Notes: generated by a model not told the origin, from the letters alone. Positions 1 through 15,736 are shown, counted from the stretch's first letter. The stretch is DNA of 64,000 bases from the human T2T-CHM13v2.0 reference genome, Homo sapiens (GCF_009914755.1 NC_060940.1), one strand, 5' to 3'. Made by a program: numbers and translations.

Positions 1-341
1 GTAACTTATAAAGAAAAGAGGTTTCATTGCCTCACAGTTCCACAGGCTGTACAGGAAGCATGGATAGGGAGGCCTCAGGAAACTTACAATTATGGCAGAA
101 GGTGAAGGGGAAGCGGGCACATCTTCACATGGCCAGAGCAGGAGGAAGAGAGAGTGGCGGGGAGGTACTACACACTTTTAAACAACCACACCTCACAATA
201 ACTCACTCACTATCACTAAAACAGCACCAAAGGGGACATCCATCCCCATAATCAAATCACCTTCCACTAGCCCCCACCTCCAACATTGGAGATTACAATT
301 TGACATAAAATTTGGGTGGGGACATAGGCCCCAATCATATC
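1..341. mobile_element. MaLR LTR (MST-type), partial
   Basis: ctcacagttccacaggctgtacaggaagcatgg...ggaggcctcaggaaacttacaat. Confidence 0.85.
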
Positions 342-364
342 GAAGACCATTGTCCTACTGACCA

Positions 365-455
365 CAGCTACTGAATCAGAAACAGGATTGGAGCCAGCAA
401 CCTGTGTTGTAAGGAGATCTCCAGGTGAGGCACACCCACATTTGAGAACCACTCC
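365..455. mobile_element. MER5A (hAT-Charlie) fragment
   Basis: ctactgaatcagaaac...tttgagaaccact terminal motif. Confidence 0.55.
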
Positions 456-789
456 TCCAAGCCATGGAGTGAGCAGGCTGTTGGGTATGTGCTCAGGCTA
501 CAGAAGAAGCAGGGAAGACTCTTGTGAGAGACATCAAGAGAGCTGACATGAGAGCGTGGCATCTATTCTCTTGTGCAGCTTCCCAAGAGTTGAAAACTCT
601 GTAAGCCATCAGGAGAAGATGCTGAATAGACACCCCCATGGGTCTGAGAACCCCAGATCAGAGAAGCTCATATTGGGTTCCCTGAAGAAGGGCTTCCACA
701 TGATTTTTGGGGTTACCTGGGAGCAAAATAAACCACATGGTGGTCTATTTAACAAGAGAAAGATTGACAACCTCTCTTGCCACCCCCAT

Positions 790-1119
790 TGTCAGAGTCC
801 ATTTGGGCTGCTGCAACAGAACACCATAGACAGGATAGCTTCTAAACAACAGAGATTTATTTCTCACCGTTCTCAGGGAGTCCAAGATCAAGACGCTGGC
901 AGATTTGGTGTCTGGTAAGGGCCTGCTTCCTGATTCATAGACTTTCATCTTCTCCTTGTGTCCTCAGATGGTGGAACAGGTGAAGGACATCTCTGGGATC
1001 TCTTTGATAAGGGCACTAATCTCTTTCATGAAGGCAGTACCTCCCAAAGGGCCCACCTCTTAAGGGGATTAGGTTTTAACATATTAATTTTTTTGGGACA
1101 CAAACATACAGACCTTAGC
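790..1119. mobile_element. MaLR LTR (MLT1A-like)
   Basis: gtccatttgggctgctg...aaacaacagagatttatttctcac...gtccaagatcaag. Confidence 0.75.
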
Positions 1120-4100
1120 CCCCATCATGACTCATTTGGCTTTGGGTGGGAGTGAGGAGATCTGGGAAAAGTCAACTGGAGCTCCTTAGGAGAGTAGGGA
1201 ACAGAGCTTGGAAGAATCAAGGTGCCAGCATGTGGGTCGGGGAACACCATAGCAGAGGCCGCTGGGTGGGCAGCCTTGAACCTGGGCCAAAGTGAGGATG
1301 AGAAATCTCAACTGGAAGATGAGACAAATGCTGTTTCCCCAAATGCCAGGAGAATACACCAGCCCCGACAAATCTAGACCCTGAGGAAAAGAGCAAGGAG
1401 AAGAGAAGGCGGAGGGAAGAGAATCTTGAATTTAGCTTCAAATGTATCTGTTTTAAAGCAGAAGAGACAAGGATGCCTGAATGCATTAATAAAGGTTCAA
1501 ATATACTTCACTTTAGAGCAATACATACAATTTATCAGAAAACAAAAGAGACAAGTGTTACATACAAAATACCTTCATGCCTTGACCATGTCTACACAGT
1601 AATTGATATCCCTGATTTACTGTAAGAAACCAGTAAGAGCCAAGGGCAGAGTGAAGCCCTCCGTACATCAACAATGCATTGTATTCCTGGGGGAAAGCAT
1701 GATGAAACGGTGGTTCAACAACAGGACTCCTGGCTAAAAGAATTTCCCCTTCCCCAGTCCTGCTGTTCTGCTCAAGGGTAGGATGCAAGGTGCCTTTAAT
1801 ACCTGGCTATACAGCATCAAGGACAAAACCCATCTACCCTCTTTTTCTCTTCCCTTTCTCTGTTTTCCCAGTGCTGCCAGCAGGAAAATGGACCATCCTC
1901 ACAGCAGACCCAGGATAAGTTAGGAAAAGCATCCAGTGAAAATCTGATTTCTTTTATTACACAGGGAGGCGATAAAAGGCCTACAAATAAATTCTATTAT
2001 AGTATTGGAATAGAACATTAAATTTCATCAGTTTCATTATACTAGTGATAAAGACCACGTTCTGGAATGACATTCTGGATGTCTGGATGGTATAATTCGG
2101 AGAAAGAGAAATTCCATGCAAACAGCTCTGATGGGGTGGTTGTAACTCCTGCCCAGTAAAAGTCTCTAGTCCAGCCGACATATAATGCTCCATGCAGGGG
2201 TTTAGAACTCCTGAACACACCTGCTCTGGAGGGGCTCAAAATAAAGTGTTTCTCTACTGATTTGTCTTGTAGGCCAATATCTCCTTCTGAGATCTCCAAG
2301 ATCATTGGTGGACATGGCAGAACTGGATGGGTGTTTCTGAATCCCAGTGCAATAGCCAGCTCAGAATTCCACATCAAGAAATAGAAGCAAAAGGAAGAGA
2401 GAAATTGGGGAAAGATGTGAAGGCTCAAGATAGGGAGACCTCAATATGTTTGTAGGGTAAAGTTGCTTACTCTCTTACCTGTCCTGCCTTCCTTCCTTTT
2501 GGGATTTTGGTGAGACTGTCATTCAAGGGACCCCCACCCCAGCGACCACAGGCTGTAACCCAGGCTGAGCAACCAACCTATATCCTTGGCTCCAGTGATT
2601 AGTTCATGGTGGGCATGTGATACAGAAAGGGCCAATCAAAGATTTTTGGTCGGAAGATTATTAATGGGAACTGGGAGAAATGAGCAGCTGCTGTACTGTA
2701 CTTTCCATGGTAACAAGTGAAGCTTCTAGAGCCCACCAAGGAGAGAGAATCTGTTAGAGAATTAAGCCAGGAGAAAGGAAAATGGAGCAGAACAATGAAG
2801 AAAAACCCAGATCTAATGACATAGTTTGAGCCCCTTGATGTCGCCATACCTGCAGACCTACCGTTTGGATTGATTTCCAAATTGTGTGAATGAATACATT
2901 TTCTTTGAACTATTTCTAGCTGAACTTCTATTTTTTGCAACAAAGTTAATTTCTGACAAATATACAGTCTTGAAATAGATTTAGTAAAGAATGAGGAATA
3001 AAATAACGCTTAACAGAGAAAATGGGCAATGTTTCAATGTCCTAGGGGAGAACGAAAGTGATGAGAGTAAACATGAAAAGAGAAAGTGGTTAGGGTAAGT
3101 GATATTACCGTTTAGTGACCCTCTCCCATAGAAAAGCAACTTTTCTGTTAAAATTTATTTTGGGATCTCATCCCCAAAGTCTATGAACACAGTCCCTCTG
3201 GAACAAGATGAATTAAAATCCTTACCAAGCCTCAAGGTGGAAATCAAAGATTTTAGCTGACCAGTGGCAATCCTAGATTATTGGACTCATGCTCAGCTAG
3301 GATAACAGCATAATGTACATTGTGTCTAGCACAGTAAGGCAGTAAAACTTATCTACCATATTGCAAAATATAGAGATGACTAAAGTGAGATCCCAAACTA
3401 CCATGGGAATCAGGAAGATCAAGGAAACTCCAGGCATTTGTTGCAAATTATTTGTTCCTCTCAGGTAATTCCATCTGTGTGAAGATGTTCTCGCCACCAG
3501 GTAATTGCCCAGAGAATTTTATTATAGAGAGATTTTTGTTTAGCTCCATTTTCTGTTCTTTCTCCGATTTTGATTACAGGTAATGATTCATTGCTGGACA
3601 CAACATCACCCCTCTCTTTAGCATTGCCCTGTGCTCTGTCTCCTGACTGTCAGAGGTGAACTAATTCCACATAGAGAAGGTTCTAAATAGAAACATGCTG
3701 TTCTTGGCCTGGGTAGGGTTTTTTGGTAAGGCTTAACTGTTCAGGCAAGAAATTTTCACTGACGAACAAAAAGCACACACTTCCATGTTGAATATCTAAG
3801 ATGAGTTGCAAAACAGGCCTGAAAATTATATGAGAGCTAGGCCAGTACACGCCATTGCCATTATGATGCTGGATATTTTGGAGGGGGTGTGGCTGTGCAG
3901 TATCCACTTACTTTCCTACTTGGGGGTCATTGCCCAGATGTGAGATCTTGATGGGAAGCAGCTATTTTCTTCCAACCATAGAAGACATAAGGTCTACATC
4001 CTGCCTCTGCCAGCATTTTAGCTCCAGGACTTGGACATATGAAGAAACATATGACCCTCTTAGGGAATGGAATGTCAACATGAAGGGTGAGGCTGACAAT

Positions 4101-4756
4101 CTCCCACAAATGGAAGGTGTGTCTCCCATTTCTTGGTCCTTTATAAACATTCGGCTCCCCCTAATCCAACATTTTAAGCTCAGTCCTCCAAGCTTGCCTT
4201 GATTATGTGAATAATATATACATTCAAAAATACTCTCCTTTTGGTAAAAGACAGTCAGAATTCACTTTACGTTACTTGCAAGCACCGCATTCTAATTTAT
4301 ACCATCATCATCATTATCATCAATATCATTGCCAAAGTGTTTTCAAAGGCTTATGGCTAACACTCAGGCCCACATCTTCATGGGTCCTCAGGATGAATGG
4401 CTCCAAGAAGAACTCACTCTCTAAAAGGCCCTACATGTGAAAATGATGGGATGTGAGTTTCCCCTAGTGCACCATTCCAGGTTCCCATCCCTCCCCTCTC
4501 TCTGGCTAGGACTCTGCCTCACCTGCTGGGATGAAGAGGGATGAGGCAGTGTGCAAACAGGACTTGTGGGAACCCAAGGTGGCTCTCCTTATTTTCAGGT
4601 CAAAGAACTGCTCACCCTTCCCCAAAACCCCAGCATGCCAGATGCATTTTGTTTTTGTTTTTGTGGTTTCAGTCCTGGTTAATATTGCTCCAAATGTCAC
4701 ATTCTTGGTGGCAGATCAACAAGGCAGTATGTCATGGGCATTTTGGAGTCACCTGG

Positions 4757-5126
4757 TGTTATGGTCTGAATGCATGCCCCCTAAATCCATGTGTCAAAAT
4801 CCTCACCCTCAATGGGATGATATTCAGAGGTGGGACCTTTGGGGGGTGATTAGGTTGTGAGGATGCAGTCCTTGTGATGAGGTTAGTGCTGTCACAAGAG
4901 GAGACAAGGGAGACAAGGGAGAGCTTGCTTTTCTCCCTTCACCATGTGAGGACACGACAAGAAGACGGCCGTCTGCAAACCAAGAAGTAGGTGCTCAACA
5001 CACACCGGGTCTGCCGGCACCTTGATCTCGGACTTCCAGCCTCCAGAACTGTAAGAAACAAATGTTTGTCATTGAAGCCACCCGGTCTATGGTAATTTAT
5101 TACAGAAGCACCAACTGAATAAGACA
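4757..5126. mobile_element. MaLR LTR (MLT1A-like), opposite orientation to 790-1119
   Basis: tgttatggtctgaatg...ggacttccagcctccagaactgtaagaaac...ctgaataagaca. Confidence 0.8.
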
Positions 5127-5129
5127 CAA

Positions 5130-5345
5130 AGACTTGGGTTCAAATCTCGGGCTTACTGTTCAACAGCTGGGTGACCTTAAGTAAGCTGCTCAACTTCTCT
5201 GCATCTTAAGGTTTCGTTTTTGCTTTTTACTCTAAAAACAGGTGCAGTGGTAACGATAATCTCATAAAGTTGTTTGTGAGGATTAACTGTGATGATAATG
5301 CAAAGGGTTCAGCCAGTGCCTGGCATTTAATAAGGGCTCCATGAA
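5130..5345 (+). mobile_element. MIR SINE
   Basis: gggttcaaatc...gctgggtgacctt...gtgaggattaa core. Confidence 0.65.
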
Positions 5346-5568
5346 TGTGGTAGTAATAGTCATACTTTTCTTCTCTTGTATCTAAATGAAGACGAGATCA
5401 AGAGGTCACTTTGGTCTGTCCTTTCTAGCTTGAGGCCAGATAGTGAGAAGGTCAACATGGCTCTGAATTTGTACCCAGGACATCAGGAACAGCCTAATCC
5501 AAATGGGGCCTTTCACTGTTGGTTGGCTAATGCTTCTCCCTCCCACTAGGTCACAGGAGAATCGTTTA

Positions 5569-5657
5569 TTAGGTTGGTGCAAAAGTAATTGTAGTTTTGG
5601 CCATTACATTTTTTTTTTTTAAATGGCAAAACCACAATTGCTTTTTCACCAACCTAA
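5569..5657. mobile_element. MADE1 (Hsmar1-derived mariner MITE)
   Basis: ttaggttggtgcaaaagtaattg ... caattgctttttcaccaacctaa with TA duplications. Confidence 0.93.
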
Positions 5658-5793
5658 TATGAACAAACAATGAGGCTTATACCTCCTATTCCTCCTGATA
5701 AAAATCCCTACTGCCTGTTTTTTTCTTCTTTTATTTTAAGATAACAATCATTGATGACTTTCTACATGCCAGGGACTGTGTTGAGCAATTTCG

Positions 5794-6441
5794 CAGTCAT
5801 CCCCCCTTATCCGTAGGGGGTATGTTCCAAGACCCCCAGTGAATGCCTGAAACAGGGGGTAGTACAGACCTATATATGCTTTTTCAAGTTTGAGGTGCAA
5901 CAGCAAAACTAGCATAAGTTTCTTTTGCCTTCTTCACCATTTCACAAACAGAAGAGTTGTTCTTACTGTGGCTTTTAGCCACCTCGGCGTACAATTCTTT
6001 TCTTTCCTTATGAAGTTGAGAACTTTCATTTTTTTTTACACAAAGGAAGCACTTTACAGCTTCTCTGTGGCATGTCCAAATTGCCAGCCACACTACTCTT
6101 GCATGTTGGGGCCATTATTAATAAAATAAGGGTTGTTTGAACACAAGCTCTGCAATACAGCAAGTGTTGATCTGATCACCGAGATACCTCCTAAGTGACT
6201 AATGGGTGGGGAGCGCTGGCAGAGTGAAAACACTAGACAGAGGAATGAATCCCCCCTATGCAGGGCAGGGTGGAAGGAAGCAGGATGGAGTGAGATTTTA
6301 TTATGCTCCTCAGAACAGAGTGCAATTTAAAACTTATACATTGTTTGTTTCTGGAATGTTCCATTTAATATTTTCAGACCATGGTAGACTTCAGATGCCT
6401 GAAACCAGTGAAAGTGAAACTGTGAATAACGGGGACAACTG
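5794..6441. mobile_element. Tigger-derived MER44-type element
   Basis: Terminal inverted repeats cagtcatccccccttatcc ... gaataacggggacaactg. Confidence 0.75.
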
Positions 6442-6757
6442 TACTTGGATATACCAATCCAATCCTTATAATGATTCCATGAAGTAGGTGTATTCTCATC
6501 CCAATTTTTAGATAACATAACAGACTTACAAAGTTAACTTGTCCAAAGTCACACACCTAGGACATAGTGGAGTTGAGCAAAATTTTTAATCTGAACTTGT
6601 TCAACTTCAGTTTTTAAAAAGTAGCAATTACGCAGTGGTTAATTTCTTTTTGAAGTCAGTTTTCTGGGTTCAAGTCACAGTTCTGCCACTGATGAGCTAT
6701 GAGATCTTGGGGATTTTACTTGATTTTTTACTAGTGCCTTAGAACTGTCATTTGTAA

Positions 6758-7120
<363 letters not shown>

Positions 7121-7940
7121 TAAATAAGTTAATCTATATTAAGTACTTAGAGCTTACTTGGCTCTAGAAGGCACACAATAAGTTGTTATTCATATGGCTA
7201 ATTATAGGGTGCTATAGTAATGATGGAAGAAAAACCAAAACATGAGCAGAAAGCATTAGGAAAGATGTTGTGATGCGGAGAAGGCTTTGGACTATGTAAA
7301 GTTTTATTTAAGCTTACTTCTTTGAGCTGGGCTTGAAGCAATACATCATTTCCTTATACAATGGTGGTAAAGTTTCAGCAGGTCACTAAATGATTTTGAA
7401 AGGCAACATGATCTTTCTGATCAGTAGATAACTGGGTGGTCCAAGCAGGCACTGATCACACACGTGCATTTCTTTCTACAGGGTTGGCTCCCTAGCATGG
7501 AGGGCCTGGGAAGAGGTCCACAGTGCAAGCCTGTGTAGGCCACATCCTCAGGCCCCTCTCCTCCACTGGACCCCAGGCCAGGAAGGGAAAACTCATGACT
7601 TTCATGCTACCTCCCTCCTCTTTCCACAAGGTCAAGAAATAATTTTCAGAAAATGTTAAAATCTCATACAAACATACAATGAGCAGACATCAAAGTTTTA
7701 TTTAACTCATTAATGAGATAACCAGCAGGATGGCAAAGCTGGTCTCAGAGAGGAGACGAGAAGCTGTTATATAAATAGAGTGTCCTTTAAAAAATGATGG
7801 TAGAATTAGATTGCTAAATCAGATATAAAACTAAAGAACAGATTACGGTTCTATGGAGCAATGTACTTATCATCTGGGTCTAGGCTCTATCCTGGTCAGA
7901 AATTATTTGCATCTCTATGGGATAAAAGTAACAGGCACTC

Positions 7941-8245
7941 CATCACCCTCAGCAAACTGACAAAGGACCAGATAACGAAACACCACATGTTCTCACTTAT
8001 GAGTGGGAGCTGAACAATGAGAACACATGGACACAGGGAGGTAATGACACACACTGGGGCCTGCTGGGAGGCAGGGTTGTGGGAGAGAGAGGATTAGGAA
8101 AAATAGTTAATCCATGCTGGGCTTAATACCTAGGTGATGGGTTGATAGGTTCAGCAAACCACCATGGCACACTTTTACCTGTGTAACAAACCCACACATC
8201 CTGCACATGTACCCTGGAACTTAAATATAAAAATTAAAAAAATTG
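7941..8245 (+). mobile_element. 5'-truncated L1PA (older subfamily) 3' end
   Basis: L1 3'UTR and A-rich tail. TSD aaaagtaa(ca/tt)ggcactc at 7924-7940 and 8246-8262. Confidence 0.88.
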
Positions 8246-8933
8246 AAAAGTAATTGGCACTCTTATTAGTTTCTCCAAGTTAACATCTACCTTTACAGAA
8301 CTGGGCCAATATATAAGTTGCACAGCAAGCAAAGTCACATTTTCTCAGAGAGTCAGGTTGTCCTTACGTGGGCTTTTAGACAATGTTCTGGCATTGTTTA
8401 CACGATACTAAAAACATTACACATGTATTTTTTGCCTTGGTTCCAAATTTTGGTTAATTTTTTCATAACAATTACCAGGGTAGAGATTGCTAAGTGACCA
8501 GGAAACTCTTTTCCACCAAGCCTAGATATGGCCTCCGACTCTTTCAGCATCGTGCCCACCCAGCCACCAGCAGTTGATGACAACTTGTGTGAGAAAGGAA
8601 ACTGATTTGCCATCCAGCTCTTGATGACAACAGGGTTTAGATGTTCCAGGCAGCTTCTTTCACGGCTGGCCGAGGCTATTTCTGATGACTCGCTCAGAGC
8701 TCCAACTTAGCCACCAGGAGAGACCAAGAGAAGCATCAGTTCTCACTGAAGAGCGGTGACAGGTCAAAGGAAGCTCTCTCTTTTCTATCCTAGATGGAAG
8801 TTCACTTTCTCTTTCTAAGTCAGGATTTCATGTATAAACTGCATGGTTTCAGAGCCCTTTATCTCACATGCTGATGGGTTATTTTAATTAAGGTGTAGAG
8901 GGTTGACATTAAATGGGTGAGGAGCTTGGAGGG

Positions 8934-9300
8934 TGTATTGGTCATGCTGCTAATAAAAACATGCCCGAGACTGAGTAATTTATAAAGTAAAAAGGGTTAA
9001 TGAACTCACAGTTCCACATGGCTGGGGAGGCCTCACAATCATGGCAGAAGATGAAGGAAGAGCAAAGGGATGTCTTACATGGCGACAGGCAAGAAGAGAG
9101 AATGAAATCCAAGCAAAAAGGGAAACCCCTGATAAAACCATCAGATCTTGTGAAACTTATTCACTACCATGAGAACAGTATGAGGGAAACTACCACTATG
9201 ATTCAATTATGCCCCACTGGGTCTTTCCCACAACACGTGGGAATTATGGGAGCTACAATTCAAGATGAGATTTGGGTGGAGACACAGCCAAACCATGTCA
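8934..9300. mobile_element. THE1-type MaLR solo LTR
   Basis: ctcacagttccacatggctggggaggcctcacaatcatgg...gagctacaattcaagatgagatttggg...ccaaaccatgtca. Confidence 0.88.
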
Positions 9301-10576
9301 GGAGATGCAAGATTTATAGTTACATTGGGTGCTGCTAGTGACCTTGTAGAGATGTATGGTCTATTTACCCAGTAAATGGGACTGTTATTGAAGAAAAATG
9401 GGAAGATTAGGACTCAGGAGGAGAAGAAATCATCCTCCATTCATTCCAAGGCATCCATTGGCACCTACTATGTGCCAAGCTTTACTGAAATCTACTAGGA
9501 GGTGTCAGAAAGTCTTTCCTCCTGAGAAGGATCATGAAACCTCCTGGTACTAAGTGTAACAAATTTCCAAAGTCTGTATGCCCCTTCCAATAAAGACATG
9601 TTCATCTGCAGGAAGAGAGAAGATATAAGTGGTCTGTAAATGCCTTTTGTGGAGATGTTATTTCTTATAATAATGCATTGTTGAAATTGTCAAATTTTCC
9701 TGTTTGAAAATTACCGTCGGCATTTATATGTTTTGAAAAATTGGAGAAAAGATGCCTCATCAGTGTTTCAAATAAGGTAAAAGTACACTAATTCAGTGTC
9801 ATCATGAATCTTTTCTTTCTATCCTGATTGAAATGATAAAAGGGACAGAACATTCTCCCTCTCAGGACAGCTGTGAAAGGGCGGTTGAAGAAAAGCACAA
9901 GAAAAGCACAAGGAGGCAGAGCCAGTAACACCTGGCATCATAATTGCTGTGCGGTAAAAGGAGAGTGCAACATCCTGACCCATCTCTATATCGTTGTGTC
10001 CTGTGACTTCTGCTTCATTGTAATTGAGAGTGAGATTCCTGGCTTGGTGAAAGATGGGAGGCAGCCCCACTTTGGTAAATCATAAAGCAGCAGCACTGGG
10101 TGAGAAGCTGGAGAAGGTCAGAACAGAGACAACACCACCCCCCTTCCCAGAACTCACTTTGTAGTGAACAGGAATGCACTTTCCTCAAACTTCTGAGGGT
10201 CAATGTCCACCACGAAAGTGAAAACAAGCGAGGGTCCCCAAGAGAAACATCCCAAGATTGAAGGTAAAAACATTTTTAAAAAGATATGCCGTGCTAAAAC
10301 TAATTTTTTAAAAAGTTGGTGTAGCTAGACTCATACCAGCCAAAATAGACGCTAAGGGATGAAGCTTTTCATAACTTCACTATTTCGTACATGATACATC
10401 CCACTTACCCCAGCGGGAGCTCCAGTGTTTCTGCCCTGCGACTCCTGGCTGCTCAGCCAAAGGCCAAGCCAAGTCCTAGTCATCCCCTCTACCCACCTGG
10501 CCCACACTGTTATAAAAGAAGGGAGTTCTGCTTTAACCCCAAGCATTCATATACATTTTTAAAAAAGAAAAACCTA

Positions 10577-10936
<360 letters not shown>

Positions 10937-12149
10937 TCAAGAAGGCTGGCCATGTTCTGTTTTTGTTTTAAGTACAGACGTTGGTTACACAAGCATGCTC
11001 GCTTTGTGAAAATTCATTGAGGCTTACACTATGATTTGTACTCCAATAAAAAGTTTATAAAGGAGGGAATCATTGAGCATAGAATTTCATGGAATTTAAA
11101 ACTTCCAGGTCTCTGTGCTGACATGATAGCAATAGTATAATGTCTGTGTCTCCAATGGAGATTTTGACTTAGTTCTCTAATATAAACAAGTGCTGAGTTC
11201 AGATAACACCAGCCCCCTCGGGTTTGGCCACCCAGTAAAATGGGTACTCCTAAATTACAAAGACTTCTCAGACACTGGGGTTGGGAATGGGGAGGGGAAG
11301 AGAGAAGGGTGGACAGAAAACGAATGTCTCAAACTACAACTGTGTTTCCAACTTTGGAAGACTGCCTTAAGTACTCCTAATACCATTTACAGGGCACGTG
11401 CCATGTGCTGCCTGCAAAGCTCTGTGCTCAGTAATTCCATGGGCTGCTCTGGGAAGTAGGCAGTGTCCTCCAAAAAGTTATGGAGCATTTTACATGCTTC
11501 TTTATTTTTGTACTAACTCAACCAAATCTAGGGTATATTTTACACTTTACAGCATATGTCATTCAGCACCAGCCACATTTGAAATGTCTCACGGCTACAT
11601 GCAGCTGATGGTTACTTTATAATCCCTGAGAGTATTCTACAATCCCTGATTATAATGCTATAATCCCTGAGGGTAAAGGACTGCATCTCACACCAAGAGA
11701 ACCAAGTGTGCTCAGACCCATGCTGACATGCCCTTGACTGGTTGCTGCAAGCATCCACACACAGCTGCTGGATTCCTCACTGTGTGGAAAGCACCTTCTT
11801 TCCAGAGTTGCATAGATGAAACGATACTCAAAAGGCTCTGGGCCCTGTAGACAATTGTCATAACCTGTGACTCACCTGTATGAATGGCCATCTACTCAGA
11901 TTGCCTCATGGCAATGAGAAAGTAGAGACGGAGTCCAGGTGTCACATGCACAGGTACATTTCAAGATGCAAGACTGAAAAAGGTTCTGAAACAGGATGTG
12001 GTACTGAAAAATAACTGATAATGATAAAGACCCATGAGCACTTCTGCTGGGCCCTGTCCGACCTGTTTTTCATGTATTAACTCATTCACTCATCAGGATA
12101 CAAACTAACACAAATTATAAAGTGAATACTCTTATTAGCTCCATTTCTA

Positions 12150-12540
12150 AAAGTTGACGTATTTATTTTGAAATCAGTGCAGATCGCATGCAGTTATGAA
12201 ATGTAATACAGAGAGATCCCTTGTGCCCATGACGCAGTTTCCCCTGATGGTAATATCTTGCAAAACTCTAGCACAGTCTCACATCCAGGAAATTGCCACT
12301 GATAAAGTCAAGATGCAGAACCTTTCCATCACTACAAGCATCCCTCATGGTGCCCTTTCATAGTCATATCAACCACATTTCTGTGTCCCCAACCCTGGCA
12401 ACCACTAATCTGTCCTCCAGTTTTCAAATTGTGCCAATTCTGGAATATTATATTAATGGAATCGATTGAGCACGTGAGCTTATGGGACTGGCAGTTCTCA
12501 CTCAGCATGATTCCTTCGAGATTCATCGAATTTGTTGCAT
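12150..12540 (-). mobile_element. Old L1M 3' fragment splitting a MIR
   Basis: ccctggcaaccactaatctg, tcactcagcatgatt. MIR halves on both sides. Confidence 0.65.
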
Positions 12541-12821
12541 CAGTCCCATTTTATGGAGAGGAAAATTGAGGCACAAAGAGATTGTGTATCTTGCCTTAGA
12601 TCACATAATTAGCAAGTGGGGAAGTTGAAATTTGAGCCTAAGAGATCTCTGGAGCCGGAACCATGCTCTTAGCAACTCTGTTATTCTGCCTCTTTGCAAC
12701 GGTTTCTATTTCTTACCATTGATAACTGTCAAAAACAAAACAAAACAAAACAAACAAACAAAAAACAAACACAAAAACAAAAGCAAAAGAAGTGTTAAAG
12801 CTACTAGTTTTGAAGACACTC

Positions 12822-13690
<869 letters not shown>

Positions 13691-14811
13691 CTCAAACGCC
13701 AAACAACTTTGTCTTAAGAGAGCACTTCTGACGAGTACTCAGCAGATCTTCCTAAATAGAGAAAAAAGTCTGGGCTTTGGTGATAGATTTAGGTCCAGAT
13801 CTGGCTGAGCTATGTATTAACTGTGGGTTGTAGGCAAATAATGTTTGCAAAACCTTTTCATCTACAATAGGTAAAGGATTGAGTGAGAAAATATATTGAA
13901 AGCACCCATTCAGAGTGCATAGTACCTAACAGGCACTTAATCAATGTAATTTTCTTCTCCTGCTGACTAGGTTGTCAACTGACACACTATTACTTCCTAA
14001 CAAACACACAACAAGAAGCCCCGTCTGCTCACAGGTCTGTGGGGTTATGTGGCTAGGTGGCTCTGTTGATCTTGACTGGGCTCACTCGCATATATAGGGT
14101 AGACTGGTTGTTGACTGAGGCAGGTTGGCCTCAGCAGGACCAACTGGGATGACTCAGTTCTGCTTCTAATAGCTCTTATTCTCCAGAGGTCCAGCCCGGG
14201 CCTTAGGTCATGGTAATGACAGTGGCATGAGGGACAACAAGGGGATGCACACAAGGCCCCGTGGGGTCTGGGCTCAGAGCTGGCACCCTGCTATGATCAA
14301 CATATCCTATTGTCCAAAGCAAGTCAAGAGACACTCTGCCTCTTCAGTGACAGGAGCTGCAAAGTCACATGGCAAAGGGCATGTATGCAGTGAAAGATAT
14401 ATAACTGGGGCCACTAATGCAATCAGTCTACCATGCCTGCAGATTCTTTAGTGGGTTGACATTCCTACGGCTGAGAGGATGAAATTTCTGAACGGGCACT
14501 TTGCCGAGTGAGTGACCACATCGTCCCATAGCTTCCCAAAATTATGACAGTAACCTCCTTGGAGATAGTACCTAGGTTTAGGGAATCAAGACTATTTCTG
14601 TAAGCCCTTCCATGTTTCCCAAGACCCAGCTAGTTTGGGAGGTCATCCTACATGTGGCCCCAGGCTAAGTTTACTTGGCCTGAATGAGAATGAAATAAAG
14701 GAAAGTGAAGACTTGATGGTATTGTAGAGTTGAAGGTGTGGAGATTAGTTAGTAGTCCAAGCATCTGCCGGTGAGGAGGCCAACATGACCCAATAAGTTG
14801 ATTTGAAATTT

Positions 14812-15215
14812 TATTTTATTATATTTTTTATTTGGATAGTTTTTGGGGAACAGGTGGTGTTTGGTTATATGGATAAGTTCTCCAGTGGTGATTTCTGAGA
14901 TTTCAGCGCACCCATTATTCAACGTGTAATATTTTATTCCTCTCCTCCCTCCCACCTTTTCCCCTGAGTCCCTAAAGTCCGGGGAAAGGTGAGAGGAGGG
15001 TGAGGAATAAAATGTTACACATTGGGTAATGGGTGTATCATTCTTATGCCTTTGTGTCCTCATAGCTTAGCTCCCACTTATAAGTGAGAACATACAATGT
15101 TTGGTTTTCCCTTCCTGAGTTACTTCATTTAGAATAATGGTCTCCAGCTCCATCCAGGTTGCTGCAAATGCCATTATTTTGTTTCTTTTTATGGCTGAGT
15201 AGTATTCCATAGTGT
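14812..15215 (-). mobile_element. L1PB-type 3' end
   Basis: tttttggggaacaggtggtgtttggttatatggataagttc, MEYYSAIKRNKIMAFAATWMELETII. Confidence 0.88.
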
Positions 15216-15535
15216 GAGTGTATATATATGTATATGTATGTATATATACACATATTATGTGATAAATATACACACAAACTGTATATGTACATATATATAC
15301 ACACACTATATATATACACACAGTATGTGATATGCGTATACACACACTATATATACATATATACACACTATATATATCATATATATGATATATACACACA
15401 CTATGTAATTTATATATACATACAATGTGATATATATACATATATGTGTATATATACACATATATACATATATGTGTATATATACATACATACAAATATA
15501 TACGTATATATACAAACATATATATGTATATATAT
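15216..15535. repeat. (TA)/(CA)/(TG) compound low-complexity repeat
   Basis: Directly visible. Confidence 0.95.
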
Positions 15536-15621
15536 GCATCTAGTTAATTGCTGTGACCATCCCCGCCACCTTCCCAGCATAGTAACTAGCACATAGTAGA
15601 TTCTGTAAAATTTCAAATCAA

Positions 15622-15736
15622 ATAAGTCATTGTATGAAAAAGACACTTGCACACGCATGTTTATAGCAGCACAATTCACAATTACAAAAATATAGAACCA
15701 GCCCAAAGGCCCATCGATCGAGTGGATAAAGAAAAT

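Noticed and set aside
1-5000. Possible HSD17B2 3' exons
   Set aside because: No short-chain dehydrogenase coding sequence seen. The gene is expected to end left of the window.
11617-11672. Three copies of aatccctga, and similar micro-duplications at 4900, 25600 and 38981-39022
   Set aside because: Ordinary slippage-scale duplications with no further structure.
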